Positions 48,897 to 61,800 of a stretch of DNA of 64,000 bases are shown here, one piece after another. The first letter of the stretch is position 1. Each line of letters opens with the position of its first letter. The translations under genes and the position numbers were made by a program. This DNA comes from Candidatus Thorarchaeota archaeon (lineage in GTDB: Archaea > Asgardarchaeota > Thorarchaeia > Thorarchaeales > Thorarchaeaceae), in assembly GCA_046482545.1 (NCBI GenBank), contig JAWOEX010000010.1:1-64000 (forward strand). The letters run 5' to 3'. The notes beneath the pieces are model-generated. The model saw only the letters and a list, made by a program, of their open reading frames with translations, searched no databases and was not told the DNA's origin.

Positions 48897-49325
48897 TCAA
48901 AGGTCTCCACTTTTGTCCTCCCATTCATCCTCAACCCATTGCTCAAGTCCCTCTGCACCTTGCATATCTTCAAGGTCTTCTTCCAGATTCGCGGGTTCGA
49001 GAACGGCTATCCAACCATCCCCATAAGGATCTTCATTGAGAACTGTGGGATTCGTTTTGAGCTCTTCATTGACTTCAACAAGCTTTCCTGTTACAGGGGA
49101 TTTTACAGCACCAGTCCATTTGCCGGATTCGAGCGTGCCTATACTACGGCCGGCGTCAATATCTCTGCCGGGAGGACGGAGCCTCACAAACTTTATCTTG
49201 CCTGCTAATTCCATCCCAAAAGTTGTGAACCCAATTCTAACCTGACCATCTTCTTTCTTGAGCCAGATCTGGTCCGAATTGTAGTAAAGATCCTCTGGAA
49301 ATTCAAATCCTTCCTTAGTCACCAT
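48897..49325 (-). CDS. gcvH: Glycine cleavage H / lipoyl carrier protein
   Basis: FPEDLYY, RIGFT, LESGK (lipoyl Lys), SPVTG..EVNEEL and NEDPYGDGWI. Confidence 0.92.
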   Translation of the reverse strand: MVTKEGFEFPEDLYYNSDQIWLKKEDGQVRIGFTTFGMELAGKIKFVRLRPPGRDIDAGRSIGTLESGKWTGAVKSPVTGKLVEVNEELKTNPTVLNEDPYGDGWIAVLEPANLEEDLEDMQGAEGLEQWVEDEWEDKSGDL

Positions 49326-49398
49326 AGAGTTGTCACCTTATAATTAACATCTAGAGTCATACTTAAGTGGATTTCGGCATGCCGATACTCGCATGAAC

Positions 49399-49605
49399 TC
49401 AGCTCTGATTTTCGCCATTCATAGCTTTTGTGAATTCCTTCAGATTGCTTTCATCCACTTCTACAAACAATGGGCCCGAATAGCCGCACTCTTCATTTTC
49501 ACAGTAGTACGTCTGGGGTATAAGCCATCCACCGATTGAGTTTCCAGCCTTGCGCAGTTTGGGGCTTCCGCAGCGCGGACAAACCTTAACTTTTTGCTCT
49601 GTCAT
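49399..49605 (-). CDS. Small zinc-ribbon protein
   Basis: CPRCGS...YYCENEECGYSGP. Confidence 0.8.
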   Translation of the reverse strand: MTEQKVKVCPRCGSPKLRKAGNSIGGWLIPQTYYCENEECGYSGPLFVEVDESNLKEFTKAMNGENQS

Positions 49606-49827
49606 AAGATAGTTCCTCCCGACTTGACAGTATTGGAATCATACCGTTTTAAGTCAATTCACTGCCACACTTGTTGTATGAATTTACCAAACATGGATTA
49701 TAGTGAAGAAAGGTTCACAAAGGCTAGAAGATCAGATAAAATGGACCCAAACCCAACCAGACGGTCATTACAGGGACAAGAAATCTCCCAGAAGGGAGAC
49801 TCCAGCCTGCATGACGGAACAGAGTAC

Positions 49828-52800
49828 CTAGACTCCATTCTCATCTAGACTATCCAGCAGCTCATCAACCAAATCCCGAGGCAGTCGCTCGGCCTGTTTC
49901 ATAATGGTGTCAATTTCATGAGGGGGCACTCCTCTCTTCTGAAGGTCTTTCCTAAGCTCCTCCAGTTCGTAGGGACTCAAGCGATCGGGTGGAGCCTCGG
50001 TTCCTGGCTCTGCCGGTGTTACTTCGTCTAGTCTTTCTTCTTCCTCTTCCTCCAGAAGAATCCTCTCCACATCCTCGACTTCTCTTACCTCTGGAGCTCC
50101 TTCTGGTTCCTCTGGAACATCTTCACCTCTTAGACGCTTGCGGGCGTCTTCCCGAACCTCTTCGATAATGACATCGGTTTCCTTGCCCTCACGCTTGGCC
50201 GCTCGTATGGCCTCCTGATGGATGACTTCTTTGATGAAGGCGGCCTTCTCACTCGGTCTCATCTTGTCAATGTCACCTTTGAAGTCCTCCAGTTCCTCAG
50301 GTGTAAGTTTTGTGAGTATTGATAGCATCATCAGAAGCTCACCAAGTTCAGGCACCTCAACCTCTATTGCCTCTGGAGGCATTTCCTCTGGTGCCTTTGT
50401 GAGCTCAACCTCTTTGTAGGTATCATTGTATAGTTCCGCAACAAGGTGCTGCCTACTCTTAGCCTCCTCCACAGGACTCGGAAGTTTTCCTTTTTCAAGC
50501 GACTTGATTTGGCCATTTATCTGTCTAAGTCTCTTCGGTACACTCCATATTTTGATGTAAGCGAGAAGCAGAAGTATGATTACGATGCTGATGGGTGTGC
50601 CAAAAGTGAAAGCCGTGTTCAGCGTCTCTGCAGCTTGGGTGGGATTCACGGTGACATCCTGCTCGATTACTTGTGCCTCTGTATTCTCCATTTCAATCAG
50701 CAGTACAAGAGTTGAAATACCTGAGTCTGCTTGGAGTAGTGGCGACGCAGCAACATATTCAACAATGTAATATCCTGGTCGGTCCTCGTCTGGATAGGAA
50801 TCTTCAATGCTGAGTAGTTTTAATTCAGACTCGCCAGTTATGCTTAAGTTGGCTCCAGTAACTGGTTGGTTGTGCCAGGTATCATTGTAGTAGATGACAA
50901 TCCGTCCCCGGTCACCATAGAGAAGATTCCTGTCGACCTGAATTATGCTCAATTCTGTCGGTATATCAATGATAGTAACTGATATTCTGATAGTAGCGGT
51001 TGTCCGGTTTGCTAGCTCCAACTTGACCAAGAGCGTGTAAGGGTTAGGACTGGATCGAGGACCTCCTTCTTGATAGAGGGCACTGGAGGTTGTATCAAAT
51101 GAGTACCGATAGTAACCATCTCCGAGCTCCTCCAAATCAAATCTAATTGTCTCTAGCAGATTCGTATGTGAGATGCCGGTGATGTTGACTGCATTCTCCA
51201 ATCCTCCAACATAGCCGTCGGAATCATCAGTATCATTGTAGAAGAATGTTATATCCACAGACTCACCAACTGGAACTACGAGGTCGGTAGATTCGTTTTC
51301 TACACAATTCTTTTCTGGAGCCTCGGGAACAATCTCCGTTGGAACTTCCAAAACGGCAATCCGAATTACTGCAGTTGCTTCCTGATAGTTTTCCTTTGTA
51401 AACGTCAAGGAAAGTTGATAGGTATCAGGAACTAACAGACTGGTATCAACCGGAACAAGATATTCGCCATCACCAACTGCAGTAGCGGTTCCGCGTATTT
51501 CAGAGAGGGCATAGGGGGCATCTGCTTGTGCGATAGTATCATTGAATGAAAGGTCTACGTATGTGAAACTTACATTACCTTTCCAGCCCCAATATACCTC
51601 AAGGGAAGGGGGTCTGTCAGCTTGAGTTGTAATCTTCTTTACTGTAAGTGAGAGAGATGCTGTAGAACCTGCAAATTCCGAAGCATTGGCGTATGGCCTT
51701 GCCTTGAAACTGAGTCCCCAGATACCAAAACCGGGAGCATCCTCGGTTGTGTTGAAGGCCACCCAGTATACGCCATCGCCAGCGTTTGTAAAGTTTCCAC
51801 TCTGACCAGTATCCGCAAGATACCAGCTTACGGTAGCATCCGAGAATGTAATTCCCAAGTCGGGAGCAGTAAGAAGCACTGTGAAATTCACGATTTCCGA
51901 GTAGACGGCTACCATATCCTCATTGGTTTCACCTGTCAAAGAAAGGTCTGTCCTTGTCTGGAGTAGATTCACCTTGAACTGGTAGCTAGCAGGGTCATAG
52001 TTTGACAGCTTCGCAGTCAATCTGACCGTGTAGAAGTCAATCGGTAGGATGGTTGCGGAATCAGGAATTGTCGTGTTGTAATACCCCCCTGTGCCATTAA
52101 AGGTTAATGCGTAGTCAGTTCCTTGGAACGTAGCGTAAATCTCATCCACGTACGAATCGTTTATGGCCGAAACATAGTTCGTATCATTGAGATAGAGCGT
52201 GATGTTCACTTGTGAACCTCTATCAATATCCTTAACCAATTCAGCCGGAGTGATAGAGATAATCTCGCTAGGTAGTGTTTTAACAACCAATGTTACTGTC
52301 GTGACTGAAGTGGCGAATTGATTTTTGGTTGCGTTAATAGTTACGACTCGTGTGCCGGTAGCAGCTAGTTCTGTGTCAATGGAGCCATTATAGATTCCAT
52401 CTCCTTGAGGGTCTTCAAGGACATCGCTGCCACCATCCCAACTGTAAGTAACCGTTGCACCAGGAATCAGGTTGCCATCAAGTAGGTTATTGTAATCTAC
52501 TGAAACATTAGCATATTCTTTCCAGAATATCTCAATTGTCTCTTGGCTAGGAACGAGAGTCGTGGAAATCACAGTAACCGTAAATGAAGGCGTGACTGTT
52601 CTGGAAGTATAAGGCCATATCTCGGCAGTTATGTTAAGTGTCTGTGAACCTGTGCCTTCAAGATTTGAAGTGTCGAAGGAAATATTGTATGCTCCTGAAC
52701 CGATATAATCAACTACAAGATTGGATGGAACAATCGATTCCTCAAGATAGTGGACATACATAGTAGCACCCGCAATACCTGTCTGATTGTGATCTAGGTC

Positions 52801-55800
52801 TTCGAAATACACCACTACTGAAACCGAATCTGTGTACTGCACACTTGAAGGATTCGGTGGATCGTTTTGTAGACTGGTGTATATCCTGTCAACACTCCCC
52901 CTCAGCGTGATAGTGCTTAGATTAGCGTAGTATGGCTGTTGAGTAGAATTCCATTTGATAACCAAGTCGAAGCTATAAGTTCCAGTTTTGTTCAGCTGAG
53001 TCGTGTTGAAGCTAATTGAATAAGTTCCCTCAGCCGAGCCTGTACCTTCAGTCAAAGTATAGCCTGATAACGATGGATCTTTACAATCGAATTCTACAAT
53101 GGCGCCGGTGATTGGATTTGCTGTGTCGTCATCTGCTAAAGTAAACTCCACCGTCATATTATCCCGAAGCGGTGTAGTGGAAATTGGTACTAGCGAAATC
53201 GACATGATTCTGTTGGTGATACTGACCTTTACGATAGTTTGGTCATCACTGTAGTACGGAATCTGAGACTCATCCCAGTCCACCGTAACATTCAGCTCAT
53301 AATTGCTCACCAGAGTGTCCGTTATCAAATCCGAGGGAATGGATATTTCAAAGCTCTCACCATCCTGTACCAGACTGAAACCACTTGTCAGTTCAGTTCC
53401 ATCCTGAAGGTAGATTTTGACATCATCTACAGTAATACCCACGATTGGCTCGTCAGCATCTAAATCGGTGTACACAAAACTGAATGTGACATTATCCAAG
53501 AACCTTGTTTGAGCGGGTGGTACAGTGATTTCTACGTTTGTGTCACGCTCCCTAACCCGAACTCTAACGGAAACGGTGGCATTATCGTGATAGGGTGACC
53601 CCAATGTCCAATTAGCATAGACGTTTACAGTATATTGGCCGGGTGCACCTAATGCAGAGGTATTCAACGAGATTTCGTAGAAGCCAATGCTTCCAGAACT
53701 CAGCGTGTAATGAGCACTCTCATTGAGAGGCTGCGAACCATTGTACACATGAATATCGCCATCCTCGATGCCCTGTTCAGCATCCGTGTCTTCATAAAAT
53801 ACAGTTAAAGATGCATTGTCGTTGTACGGGGTGGTTTCAGGTGTATCATCGATGCTGAGAGAGGAAGACCTGATTCGAAGCTCAAACTCTATGAAAAGAG
53901 TATCTGGTCCATAATAGGGGGTTGTATGCTCATACGACATATTGAGTTCAAGAGAGGTTGGATCACTTATGTTCAGTTCAGGATGATTGTAGGTTTGAAT
54001 TTCAACCACATAGTAGCCAAAATCTGGTTTCCATTCAGAAGTGAAGAACCAATCCGAACCATTCCTTATTTCTAGTGTAACCAGACTTGAGTCGTTCCCA
54101 ATATTATCCAGTGTGTAAAGGTCCTGATAGTTGAGAATTACTGTGATTGAGGAGTTGTAAGGTACTTTTCTTATTGGTTCGGAGGAGAGCAGTGTAACTC
54201 TCTGTCTTACCGTAAACTGGCGTATCCCAGTAGAGTTGAAGTAGTAGAATTCTGGAGAGTAAATAGTCACATTCAGCTCATACTCAGCTGGTTCATCATA
54301 ATAGGTCGTATTGAATTCGATTTCGTATTGTCCATTTCCAATCACGGTTACACTGTAGTATTCCTGGTCAATAGCTGTACTGCCATTGTAGATGCTTACA
54401 TTAGCGTTTTCGATACCATCTGAACTTGTTCCAGTTACGTCTGTCCAAGTCACAGAGAAGGTTACATTATCGAGATACTGTGTAGGCGCTGGCGCCAAGT
54501 AATCCAATACGGTCTGTCGTGCAATAACATCTATGAATACAATACGGTTTGTTCTGTTTGCATAGAAAGGTGACCCCGCCCACGTGACATTGAGCTGTAA
54601 AGACTTGGTTCCAAGCTCACCAAAACTGGTTGTATTAAACTCAATTGTAAAAGTGCCAGCAGAATGAGAGTAGCTGAAGGAGATATTAAGAGAAATGGTC
54701 AGCTTATCATCATCTAGGATGTCCTGCGCCTCTGCCCCAGTAACGTCTTCAAAGGTGAACGTGAACCTACCATTTTCTCCGTAGCTGGTAGGTGAAGGAG
54801 GAGTTAAGGAAATGAGGGTGTCGCGTGGTAAGATGCGGAGCGAAATCGTGTCGGTTCGGTTCGTGTACAATGGCTCTACGCCTTTGGACCAATTGACATT
54901 TAGATTCATGTAGATTCGACCGGTAGTGCTGAAAATGGTGGTATTGAAACGAATCGAGTAGTTGCCGGGCTGATTTGTACGATCAACTTCCCATATATCC
55001 ACATTCGAAGTATTTACCTGATATCCTTGGAATTCAACATAGATATGAACAGCCCCCGTCTCGTTATCAATTCCTTCACCGCTATTGAGGTCACTAAAGA
55101 ACAGTAGATAGCTCATATTCTCGAGATAGGGTATTGGTTCCGCTGATTCTAATAGCGTCAGCGAAGACTCTTGGCCCACAACGTTCGCAGTTGTTGTAAA
55201 AGTCCTATTCTTGTATGTGTACACACTTCCCGTCCAATTGGCATACACGATGAAGGTCTTTATGCCCAATGAGGTAAACTGGGATGCATTAACGTAGATG
55301 GTATAGAATCCAGGGTCAGCATCGTAATCCCAAGATGAGTTGAGACTGCCGAGAGTCTCTTCCTCCACACGGAAATCAACTTTTGTTGAATTGATACCTA
55401 CATTGTTGTCAAGATCCCCATAGTAGACAGAGATGTCGAATACGCCTTCGAGACTTCTAGGATCTATGGAACTTACAAGCCTGAAATCTGTATTATGGGT
55501 CCGCACTGTAATTGTCAGATTGAAAATTCCAAACTGATAGTTCTCGCCCTTTGAGAAGTTGAACGTCACCACGGTGTTCTGTTGAAGCGGAGTTGTATCT
55601 TCGGTACTGAAGATGACTTTGTATCGTTCTTCTCCGGGCAGGTAAGTCACGTTGACATCGTGATTCCAAGTTGTTTCCAAAGAAGCATTGACTACTGGTT
55701 CGTCATGGTCTGTATCCCAATAATCGACATAGAACACCGGATCGTTGCCAACTGGAATATCCAGCGCACCAACGGTCGGTATAGCGTAGGTATATGCGAT

Positions 55801-58800
55801 TCTGATTGTAAGGGTAAATGTGAGAGTCTTATTTTCGTATTGAGACGCGCCTGCTGTTAGATTGAATGGGTGATCACCTTTTGAAAGGCCGCTAACATCA
55901 AGAGTGACTATATATTCACCATTCCCAAGATTCTGCTCATTGTATATGGTGATACCCTCTGACGTTATCGTTGCATTATCTATACCCTTGTTCCTGTCAA
56001 CATCAGTGTAGTTCAAACGAACCTCTACATCCGTATCGTAAGGCGTTGTAACCTGAGGATAGCTGGGTGAAGATAAGTAACTTCGAGCATCTCGATACCT
56101 GAACTCGACCACAATATAGTCACTACTGTAATTCCCAAACGATTTCTTGATTGTGATTCTGATACGGTAACTCTCATCAGTCAGCTCAGAACTGTTGAGC
56201 GTAAGGTTGTATCTTCCGTTGGTAAGGTCAGACCAAGTTATTGAGAATGTATGGGTTGAATTCTCAACTCTAACCTCAGTGTTGTTCAGGCCTGATATGG
56301 GATAGCCATCATACTGATTGCCCACTTCAGAGACGTTGACTCTAAGGACAATGTTGAAGTCGTCACCAGAGGGTATAATCAAATCAGTCGGCTCATGGGT
56401 AACTCTGATTCCCAATCGTCGAATTGTGACTGAGAAGGTGTGAGTTGCACCCTTATAGTATTGGTTTGAATCCACACATGTGATAGTGAGGTTAATGGAA
56501 TGACTACCAACGTCCCATCCAGTGGTGTTCAGCCTCATTGAGTAGTTGCCGAATTCTTGGTTACCAAGACTCTCTTCGTACTCAAATGCTACTCCATTGG
56601 ATGACACATTGTCAATGGGTACCTGTTCGTTCCAATCATTATCCCAGAAAACGACAGTTACAGGCGTCTTGTTGCCATAAGGAACTGTCAGTCCACCTGT
56701 CACCGAAACCGAAGTGTGATGAGGACGAATAGTTACATTAACTTGTGTCCGGGCGTGCATATAGCTTGAATTTGAGGAATAAAGGTGGACATCAAGTCGA
56801 TATGTACCTACTGACCAATTATCGGTCATGAAATCGAAGCTCTTGTTTTCGAAGCTCTGTGAACCGACCGTTACGTTATCCAAATTGTTAGTTATAGCCG
56901 AATCGCCTGCGTCCGTATCGTACCAAGATAGGGAGAATGTCGAGTTCTCACCCCAAGGTACGTTTGTATCTGCATTAACCACAATGCTAGTTCGGTGAGG
57001 TATTATTGTGAAATTGACAATGATACTGGTGTCCCTATACTTTGCATCAGATGAATACAAGTTCAAAGATTTCTGGTGTTCGCCCAACTCCCAGTTGCTT
57101 GTATCGTAGGTAAACGAGAGATTATCAAACGATTGAATCCCGACGGTTATGTTATCCAGATTTGTCACGTTAATCTCACTGTTTCCAGTATCGAGATCAT
57201 GCCAAGAGACCTTAAATGAGGACTGATAACCCCATGGCAATTGAGAATCATAATTCACGGTTGGCGATGTATGATGAGCCCTAACTGATATGCTGACCCT
57301 CGTTGAAGCACCATAATAATTGGAACTATTGGAGAACAAATCAACATCTCGCTCATAGCTACCTACCCCAAGAGAGCTTGTGTTGTAGTCGAATGAGAAT
57401 GAAGAAAAGCTATCGACTCCTACCGTGATCTGATCCAGATTTGATACATCAATCGTGGTTCCACCCGTATCAGAGTCATACCAAGTAACTGTGAATGAAG
57501 AGGTATCACCCCATGGTATCTCCTGATCATGATTAACGTCGATGTACGTATGATGAGCCCGGATGGTGATGTTCACAACCGTATGAGCGTTCTCATATTT
57601 CACGCTTGAGGAGTATACATCCACATCCCGTTGGTAACTGCCAACTTCCAAAGAGCTAGTATCGTACTCAAATGAAAAAGTCTCATTGTAGTCGGAGCCT
57701 ACTGTAACGTTGTCAAGGTTTGTCACATCTATTTCAGAACCACCAGTATCGGAATCATACCAGGTGACAACGAACGTCGAGTTTTCACCCCAGGGCACCT
57801 CTTCGTCATAGTTGACTTCGATATAGGTTTGATGAGCCCTGATGATAATATCAAATGTGCTTGACTGAGCTTCATAATGGGTGTTGGTATCAGCACACTC
57901 GATTTCTATTGTCACAGTTTCGGTTCCAACATCCCAGCTTGACGTACTGAGTGTGGGTGTGTATGTTCCATCATGATTTTGGGTTTCATATGAAGAAGTA
58001 TAGGATATACTGGTAACATTGGCGATTGGAACCTCGGAGTTTGTGTCAGTATCCCAGAATGTGACAGCGACATCTGTATCGTACCCCCATGGCGAAATTT
58101 CGGTGGCCACCGCAGTCAGTGTCGTATGATGTGTTCTGATTGTGATATCAAAAGAACTGGATGCCGAGTTATAATACAAATTGCTGCCTTCACATTGTAC
58201 AGTGATTGATGTTGAAACGACTCCTACGTCCCATGTGTCGGTGGTCAAGGTTGGCGTGTACGAAGATTCACTTTGAGATCCATACTCTGTAGGATTGAAA
58301 TCTATCGAACTCACATTTTGAATCGGGACTTGTTCGTTATTGTCAGTGTCCCAGAATGTAACAGTTACGGAAGTATTGAAGCCCCACGGTGTTGCATCAT
58401 CAACGACCGCACTCAGAGTTGTATGATGAGCTCGAATTGTGATTTCAAAATTCTTTGACGCAGAGTCATAGTATTGATTATCTCCTACGCAGGAAACGCT
58501 AAGATTAGCTGAATAGGTCCCTACTGTCCAAGACGAAGTGGAAAGAGTAGGCGAGTATGTATTGAAGAGCTCGGAGCCATAGGATTCATAGTCGAACTGG
58601 ATACCATCAGTGGTTACATTTGTACTTGGTACACTTGAATTGGTATCTTCGTCCCAAAAGACTACTTCGATATTGGTATCATACCCCCAAGGAGTTACAG
58701 GTGACGAATCAACAGTCACACTTGTATGGTGAGCACGAATCTCAAGAGTAATTGTGGTCCAAGCATCATCATACTTACTATCACTGGAAAAGAGAGTCAC

Positions 58801-61800
58801 ATTAAGATAATATGTACCTACCGTCCAAGAACTAGAATCGAAGTTGAATGTCATACTGGATCCATATGAGACGCCATCAACTGTTATGTCGCTTGGTGAG
58901 ACAGAGCTAGATATATCCGTACCACTAGTGTCTGAATCATACCATGTGACATTGAAGAAAGAATCCACTCCCCAAGGTATATTCTGGTCATGATTGACAT
59001 TGATATATGTGTGGTGAGCTCGGATAGTGATATTCACAATCGTATGAGCGTCCTCATAATTCACGCTCGAAGAGTATACATCCACATCTCGTTGATAGCT
59101 GCCAACTGTTAGTGAACTGGTATCGTACTCAAATGAAAAAGTCTCATTGTAGTCGGAGCCTACTGTAACGTTGTCAAGGTTTGTCACATCTATTTCAGAA
59201 CCACCAGTATCGGAATCATACCAGGTGACAACGAACGTCGAGTTTTCTCCCCACGGTACCTCCTCGTCGTAGTTGACTTCAATGTAGGTATGGTGAGTTC
59301 TGATAGTAATATCAAATGTGCTTGACTGGTATTCATAATACGTGTTACTATCAGCACAGTCAATCTCAACCGTTACTGTCTCTGTCCCAACATCCCAATT
59401 AGATGTGTTCAGAGTTGGAGTATATGACTTCGTTGGTGTTTGCGTTCCATAGCTAGAGCTGTATTGGATACTCGTTACATTGTCAATCGGGACTTCGGAA
59501 TCAGTATCAGTGTCCCAGAATGTAACAACAATGTCAGTATCATAGCCCCATGGCGTCGTTTCGGTTGCCACAGCGGTCAATGTGGTATGATGCGTCCTGA
59601 TTGTTATGTTAAATGAACTGGATGCAGAGGTGTAGTACAAGTTACTACTCACACACTGCACAGTTATTGCTGTTGGAACCAACCCAACGTCCCATGCATC
59701 AGTTGTCAATGTCGGAGTATAGGATGATTCACTTTGAGAATCATAACCTGTGGGATTGAAATCAATTGAGCTCACGTTTCCAATCGGAACTTGCTCGTTA
59801 TTATCAGTGTCCCAGAATGTGACAGTTGCAGGAGTGCTGAAACCCCAAGGGGTTGCATCATCAACAACCGCCGTCACGGTGGTCTGGTGAGCACGAATTG
59901 TAATAGTAAAGTTATTTGATGCTGATTCGTAGTACCGATTGCTGTCTACACACGAAACACTCAGGGTAACCGAATACGTATCAACAGTCCAAGAAGAGGT
60001 GGTGAGAGTTGGCGAGTAAGTGCTGAACTGTTCAGATCCGTAAGTTTCATAATTGAACTGGATGCCATCCGGGGTTACATTAGTAATTGGGACACTCGAA
60101 TTGGTATCGACATCCCAGAAAACTATACTAACATCGCTATCATAGCCCCATGGTGTTACTGGAGATGAATCAACTGTAACCGTGGTATGGTGTGCTCGAA
60201 TCTCAAGTGTGACTGTAGTCCATGCACTCTCATAGTCACCATTCCCGGAATACAGAGTCACATTCAGTTGATATGAATCCACAGTCAAATCATCAGAATC
60301 AAAGCTGAATCCCAAATCCGTGCCATAAGAAGAACCATTCACAGTCATGTCAGTAATATTAACGGAGTCAGAAATGTTAGTGCCGCCAGTATCTGAATCA
60401 AACCAAGTGACTAGGAAAGTTGAATTCGCTCCCCATGGCACCTTCTGGTCATGATTGACATTGATATATGTGTGGTGAGCTCGGATAGTGATATTCACAA
60501 TCGTATGAGCGTCCTCATAATTCACGCTCGAAGAATGAACATCCACATCCCGTTGATAGCTGCCAACTGTTAGTGAACTGGTATCGTACTCAAATGAAAA
60601 AGTCTCATTGTAGTCGGAGCCTACTGTAACGTTGTCAAGGTTTGTCACATCTATTTCAGAACCACCAGTATCGGAATCATACCAGGTGACAACGAACGTC
60701 GAGTTTTCACCCCACGGTACTTCTTCGTCATAGTTGACTTCAACATAGGTGTGATGTGGTCGGATTTTAAGAGTCACGGTAGTCCATGCGCCTACATAAT
60801 CACCACTATCAGAATAGACAGTCACATTCAGTTGGTATGAATCCACAGTCAAATCATCAGAATCAAAATCGAATCCTAGGTCCTGACCATAAGAAGAACC
60901 ATTCACAGTTACATCGCTAACATTAACCGTTCCGGAGATATTTGTTCCTCCGGTGTCCGAATCATACCAAGTCACCGCAAATGTTGAATTTTCTCCCCAA
61001 GGTATCTCTTGGTCATGATTAACGTCGATGTATGTGTTGTGGGCTCGAACCTCAAGAGTCACGTTAGTCCATGCATCTTCGTAATTATCGCTATCAGAAT
61101 AGACAGTCACGTTAAGATGATAAGTGCCTACTGCCCAATCATCCGAATCCAAATCAAATCCTAGATTCTGACCGTAAGAGGTACCATTCACTGTTATGTC
61201 GCTGACAGGAACTGATTCGGAAATATCAGTATCACCGGTATCTGAATCATACCAAGTGACTGAGAAGGTTGAATTCTCTCCCCAGGGTATTTCTTGGTCA
61301 AGGTCTACAACTATGAATGTGTCATGCTCAGTGATGGTCAATTCAAGTAGAAATGTACTATTTTCATAATTTGTCTTCGAGAAAGTGACTTCGATGTTGT
61401 AGGTTCCAACTGCAGTCGTGCCAACATCGATAGCCAAATCATAAGATCCATCTGTGTTATTACTCACACCAACGGTTACACCGGATGGCTCATTTACGAA
61501 CCAGTTAGCTCCAGATATGCCGTCATAGCTGTGGTCGGTGTCGTTGTAGGTTATTGTGAAAGACGTATCAATCTCATACGGTGTTGAAACCGAATTTCCG
61601 CCAACTCCATAGGTCGCAGTATGAATATCTCTAAGTGTGAACACGATATCGACTGTACTCTTTAATAGATAGGTTTCAGTCGGGGTCGCGTTGATATGGT
61701 AGACGTAGTTGCCTGTGGTCAAACCTTCTGAATTTAGAACCAAGTCATATGTACCGTCACCATTGTCAGTTGTGTCAATTAGCGAGCCATTAGACGCGAT

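Noticed and set aside
57659-60708. Diversity-generating retroelement template/variable repeat pair
   Set aside because: The copies are in-frame coding modules, the core is identical rather than adenine-mutated, and no reverse transcriptase is present in the window.
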